In this document: positions 59,335-64,000 of the stretch, piece after piece
Layout of the letters: every line of letters begins with the position of its first letter
Position numbering within the stretch: position 1 is the first letter of the stretch
NCBI GenBank assembly: GCA_965203465.1
Contig: CBDBCR010000003.1
Location: forward strand, 704,001-768,000
DNA: 64,000 nt
From: Nitrosopumilaceae archaeon
GTDB lineage: Archaea > Thermoproteota > Nitrososphaeria > Nitrososphaerales > Nitrosopumilaceae
Direction of reading: 5' to 3'
The notes under the pieces: model-generated
Databases searched by the model: none
What the model was told of the DNA's origin: nothing
The model's input: only the letters and a program-made list of their open reading frames with translations
Translations under genes and position numbers: made by a program

Positions 59335-60243
59335 TTACGGTGTTCGCGTTGATTTAGCCAACGGTTCCGCGGCGCGGCCTGTTCCGCGGCGCGGCCTGTT
59401 CCGCGGCGCGGCCTGTTCCGCGGCGCGGCCTGTTCCGCGGCGCGGCCTGTTCCGCGGCGCGGCCTGTTCCGCGGCGCGGCCTGTTCCGCGGCGCGGCCTG
59501 TTCCGCGGCGCGGCCTGTTCCGCGGCGCGGCCTGTTCCGCGGCGCGGCCTGTTCCGCGGCGCGGCCTGTTCCGCGGCGCGGCCTGTTCCGCGGCGCGGCC
59601 TGTTCCGCGGCGCGGCCTGTTCCGCGGCGCGGCCTGTTCCGCGGCGCGGCCTGTTCCGCGGCGCGGCCTGTTCCGCGGCGCGGCCTGTTCCGCGGCGCGG
59701 CCTGTTCCGCGGCGCGGCCTGTTCCGCGGCGCGGCCTGTTCCGCGGCGCGGCCTGTTCCGCGGCGCGGCCTGTTCCGCGGCGCGGCCTGTTCCGCGGCGC
59801 GGCCTGTTCCGCGGCGCGGCCTGTTCCGCGGCGCGGCCTGTTCCGCGGCGCGGCCTGTTCCGCGGCGCGGCCTGTTCCGCGGCGCGGCCTGTTCCGCGGC
59901 GCGGCCTGTTCCGCGGCGCGGCCTGTTCCGCGGCGCGGCCTGTTCCGCGGCGCGGCCTTAGGCCTGACGACGCCGCCCCGTCAGCACGCAATAGAAACGT
60001 CGCGGCTTGACGCGGTTGTTGATTCATGCCAACTGACTTCATCTCTGAGCGCAGGGCTTTGGCCCTGCCGCGCAGCGCCCGCGCGCGCTCTTCAAGATCG
60101 CGTATTTCCGCATTGAGCGCTTTCCGGCGAGTCTCCGGACGCCCTTGCCTGCCGCAGCAAATTTCTTTCTGCCTGCCGTCTTTCGTTGTCAGGTAGTATG
60201 CGTATCGCAGTCCCCCCCTGGCGCGTACCACGTGCCTGCCCAT
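59335..60243 (-). CDS. Small basic coiled-coil protein whose frame runs through the 17-bp array
   Basis: MGRHVVRARGGLRYAYYLTTKDGRQKEICCG...EIRDLEERARAL; TTTTAAG about 25 nt upstream; true 3' end uncertain. Confidence 0.45.
   Translation of the reverse strand: MGRHVVRARGGLRYAYYLTTKDGRQKEICCGRQGRPETRRKALNAEIRDLEERARALRGRAKALRSEMKSVGMNQQPRQAATFLLRADGAASSGLRPRRGTGRAAEQAAPRNRPRRGTGRAAEQAAPRNRPRRGTGRAAEQAAPRNRPRRGTGRAAEQAAPRNRPRRGTGRAAEQAAPRNRPRRGTGRAAEQAAPRNRPRRGTGRAAEQAAPRNRPRRGTGRAAEQAAPRNRPRRGTGRAAEQAAPRNRPRRGTGRAAEQAAPRNRPRRGTGRAAEQAAPRNRPRRGTGRAAEPLAKSTRTP
59364..59958. repeat. 17-bp perfect tandem array GTTCCGCGGCGCGGCCT x35
   Basis: 595 bp = 35 x 17; no spacers. Confidence 0.95.
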
Positions 60244-60829
60244 GGCCGGCCGCCGGATCCCGCCCTTAAAAATCCTATTGTCATAGATTTTATGGCAAAT
60301 GCTTGGATTGATTTGCCACGCAAACGGTGGCATGGAGTTGGAAAGTCGCCGACGGGCGGGAGCGAAGGACGGCCGCCCGGGGCGAGCCGATGACCGTAGC
60401 CTGTTATTCTGAGTCCCCGAATCTTTCTTTATTTTCAATATTAAGATCGCGCGGCCCAAGGGGCGATATTGGCCAAAAATTGGTTCCGCCTAACGATCTC
60501 GGGCACGGTTGCGGCCGTAACGGAGGGTACGGAATGCAGGTCACGGCAAAGGTGTACGGCGGCGAGTAATTCGCGTCTGCCGGCCCTGCCGGCCCTTTGC
60601 CGCGGCCGCGCGCGTCCTGCCGGGGAAGATCCGGCCCGTCCCGGGCAGGCGAAAATTGCGCGTTGCCTCGCAGGACATGTTGAGCACGCGCAGAGCCGAC
60701 CGCCGCCTGTCCGTTGCGCCGCTCGAGCGGCAGTGCCGTATGCCGTGCCCGGCCCAGACCCGCATTCGCGCCCCCGAATAAAGGACCGGGGCGATCGGGC
60801 AGGCCGCGCCCAGTCGGCCCCCACCCCGC

Positions 60830-60846
60830 GAATTGGAGGCAGAGTC
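60830..60846 (-). mobile_element. Orphan IS6-like right end
   Basis: The reverse complement GACTCTGCCTCCAATTC(GCGGGG) resembles the right ends at 41063 and 3083. Confidence 0.4.
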
Positions 60847-60899
60847 GGCTGGACGCCGCCAAACCAGTCTTATAAGAGACGACTCACAGGCCAGGCCCG

Positions 60900-63800
60900 T
60901 TGGAACCTCAAGATCGCGCGTCGCCGGAGCGCAGACCGTCCACTATGTGCAGACGCTCCGAGATCATAAAGGAGTCTTATTCGGGTGCGCAGTACGCGCT
61001 AGAACAAGAATACCCTGATCATTTTGCGCATTTTGCCCAGTCTCTGAGGGAGGTGATAGATCAACTGGCCCTGCACAGTTCGGATCCGGGGCACGAGAAT
61101 CTGCAAGGCATGGAAAACCGAAGCTGCCTACTCAGAAAAACGTTCAGCAGGGACGGGGAAAGGTGGTCCATGGCCCATCTGTGCGACATGCTGGCAAGGA
61201 CGTACGGCCGCCTAAGCAGGGTGTCCCACCACAGCGAGGAAATATCCAAAGCCCAAGCGCGCAACACCCTGTCCAAAGTCGAACAGGCGCTGGATCTGCT
61301 GACCAGCATCCCACCCGCAATGGATCCCGAACTGGATGAAATGCTGGGAGGACCGCTGTCTCTGGATTCTGCGGCAAAGATCGCAGATCTGACCGCACGG
61401 CAGGCATTCCGGCCCTACATGATCGACAAGGTGCACGAGCGCTGGCTTCCGCGCCTGAAAAATGCCGGGTTCTTCGAAAACCCGCCGCCTCCAGAAGGCA
61501 GCCAGTCATGGGACTACGAGCGGTGGGCGCCGGCGATATACCTAGAAAAATGCGCAGAGATGCGCTACAAAGACGTCGCCGGCATCATTATGTCGTGCCC
61601 GTTCCCGGAGCTGCCAAACCCCGCAGTCTATACGGACTTTCTCAGGTGCGCGGCCGTCTGGTGCGCAAGGGCGAAAAGAACGGGCGCCGAGGCGCCCCTG
61701 GCAGGGCTTTCGGCCGACGGTTGGAACTATCTTGACGACGCGGAAAGGGTGGGCGTCAAGGCGCTCGAGGAGGGGTGGGATCGCTTCATGTGGCACGACT
61801 CGTTCCGGGCCAGCTATGTCGAAATTGCCGAAGAGCTCGCCTTGGGCAAAAGATACGACGTCGCCACCCGCATGCTGCGCCTAGCGCTGAAGCCCGGTCC
61901 GCCGGGCCCCCCGCCGGCGGACGGCCGCTTCGATCCCTCGTATACGTTCGTCTCTGACAGGTTCATGCGCAAAATGCCCGAAATGTACAAGGAAAGCCCG
62001 CCGTCTATGAGGAAACTGCTAGATGCCATCTTGCACGAATCGCCCACGGCGGACGGCCGGGGCGAAAAGACGGGTGGAGGCAGTTTTTACGACGGCGAAA
62101 AGATCGGCGCCTCAGAGGCGAACGAGGTGTTGTTCAAATGCATCAGGGACTGCATTGACAAATCCGGATCGGTTGGGGACGGCAAGTAGGCCAGTCGCGC
62201 ACGGCGGGGATCGCTGCGCGTACCGCAGGCCAGAGCTGCACGCGTACGCAGAGTTTTCTGACAGGTTCAGCGGGGGCCGGGTTGCCTGCCATGGCACTTT
62301 GGCCGCATGCGCACATGCCCGAAATACCCCATACTCGGAGACGCCGTCCGGCAGCGGAGCGGCGGATAACGGAGCGCATAGGCCATGAGCGCGATCTGGG
62401 CGTGGAACGCCGGAATCCGGGGCGCGGGCCCGACCCGAAACGCTAAAAAGCGCGAGAGTGTTTCCGCAGAGGGATGGACGGACATCGCGGCGCGGTTCTG
62501 GCGGCCGGGGAGGATCCCGCCCTTTTGGGCGGCAGCAATGCCGACGAAGTCTTTGAAATCGCGCTAAAATACGACCCCACGTCCCAAGACGCGGCAGAGG
62601 CGTTGAGGGAGTGCGCTAGGAACAACCCGCTGGAATGCTCAAAGAGGGCGCCGGGCTTGGGCCGGGCCCACCCCCGCATGATAGACGGGCTGCTAGCGGG
62701 CCTGCGCGATGCCGTAGGCGGCAACGAACGCATGGAGTGGGACGGCGTGCTGTCCCTGGGCAACTCCATACTCGCGCGCTGGTCAAAGGACCGCGCCGGG
62801 CCGCAGCCTGCGGCCCCGGAGGGCAGGCTGCAGCTGCTGCCGCTCGTTTGGCTCTTGGAAGACGGATTCAAAAGAGACTCCGTGAGCTTTGGCCTGAAAG
62901 ACAAAGCGTGGGGCGTCTTGGAGCGCATGGTCGAGGCCGGCACCTTGGAAGGGGAACATGCATACGGGGCAGACGGGCTGCGCACGTCGCTCAACAACCT
63001 AAACGGCGCCTCGTTCCGCGCAGCCTACAGGTACGCCGCGTGGTGCAACATGCACGACGAGGGACTGGCGCTGGTGCCGGAGGCAAAGCTTGTCTTTGAC
63101 GGGTACGTGAACGGCGGCAGGCACACGGCTTCGCGGCACGCGGTCCTGGGGGAATTCCTGCCCGACTTTTACTACCTGGATCGGGGGTGGGCAAGCGGCC
63201 TGCCGTCGAGAATACGTTCGTCCGAAAAGGCAAGAGTGGCGTTCTGGGACGGGTACATTTCCGACAAGCACATGTACTCGTACGTGTTTGGGGATCTTTG
63301 GGAGTGGTACGACGAGTTTCTGAACGTGCGCGGCGCGCAGGATCCGGTTCCGGGCCGCCTGCGCGAGGCCACGGCGTGCCACGTCATGCTGGCGTATTTT
63401 TACGGCCTTGAACGGGCGGACCGGATCGTGGAGAAGTTCCTGAAAGGAGGTCCGGTGGCCGCGCGGCTCTGCGCGGAGCAGACAGCCCGCATCCTGCCGG
63501 ACAAGCGCGACGATCCCAACTTCGACAAGGCGAAGCTGGCCAAACTGTGGAGGCATCCAGCCCTGAAAGGCTGCAATCTGGACAGGTGGTTCGCAAACAC
63601 CCCGCTGGACGACGAGGAATCCATAACGCTGTACCGCGACCACGCAAGGCAGTACCGGGGCAAGATCGGCTCCGCGCGCAGCCCGGTGTACAAACTGGCC
63701 GAATACGCGGCCGATTTCCCACTGCAGGTCGCCGAGTGCCTCGAGGCACTCGCCCCCAGATGCGGCTGCACCGAGCAGAAGCACGCGCTCGAGATCCTAG

Positions 63801-63910
63801 AGTCGCTGTCCGAGTCCGATGATCCCCGGGTCCGGGACGCGTGCGGGCTGGCGAAGCAGGCGGTAAACGACGGGGTCGATCCGCCCCCGGGCGCCGGGCG
63901 CGCCACGTAG
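60900..63910 (+). pseudogene. Large helical-repeat protein with an N-terminal HEPN-like region, split into 60900-62189 and 62474-63910
   Basis: HFAQSLREVID...YGRLSRVSHH, WLPRLKNAGFFENPPPP, and SLNNLNG..F...Y; the intervening 285 nt read as degraded coding sequence. Confidence 0.5.
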
Positions 63911-64000
63911 TCGGGGGCCCGGCTCTCCGGTCTTCGGCCGCCGGCTGCGCGCCAGAGCGCGGACCCGGCGAGGAAACCGCGCTACCTCGAGTCGCGGCCT

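Noticed and set aside
59364-59958. CRISPR array
   Set aside because: Contiguous identical 17-mers with no spacers, and no cas genes in the window.

Overview
High-GC archaeal chromosome window. The marker genes (fibrillarin/Nop5, LSm-rpl37e, a Nmar_1547-type S-layer protein and a CFI-box-CTERM giant surface protein) point to an ammonia-oxidising Nitrosopumilaceae thaumarchaeon, plausibly a Cenarchaeum-like symbiont (inference). Roughly 1-23.8 kb is mostly core genes (flpA, nop5, pyrD/pyrK, lsm, rpl37e, rpiA, a dihydroorotase-like amidohydrolase) with a few insertions and a 3503-aa surface protein. Roughly 23.8-64 kb is a defence/mobility island around the S-layer gene. It holds at least five R-M/methyltransferase loci, HNH, GIY-YIG, PD-(D/E)XK and EVE proteins, PIN, Panacea and RelE-like TA modules, and IS110, IS630, IS66 and IS6-like elements. 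Three observations stand out. (1) An archaeal IS110 has an upstream non-coding region that reads as a bridge RNA, with guide arms matching its own target and donor junctions; its recombinase is cleanly split by an IS630. (2) IS6/IS26-like-ended unit transposons carry a divergent AbrB-like gene and, in one case, an R-M system plus an EVE gene; related orphan ends occur across the window. (3) All five methyltransferase/R-M loci carry a slippage-prone repeat ((AG)9, G12, and 13-, 14- and 17-bp tandem arrays) in or next to their 5' part or coding sequence, suggesting archaeal phase variation of the methylome. Family names come from motif recognition, not from database searches.
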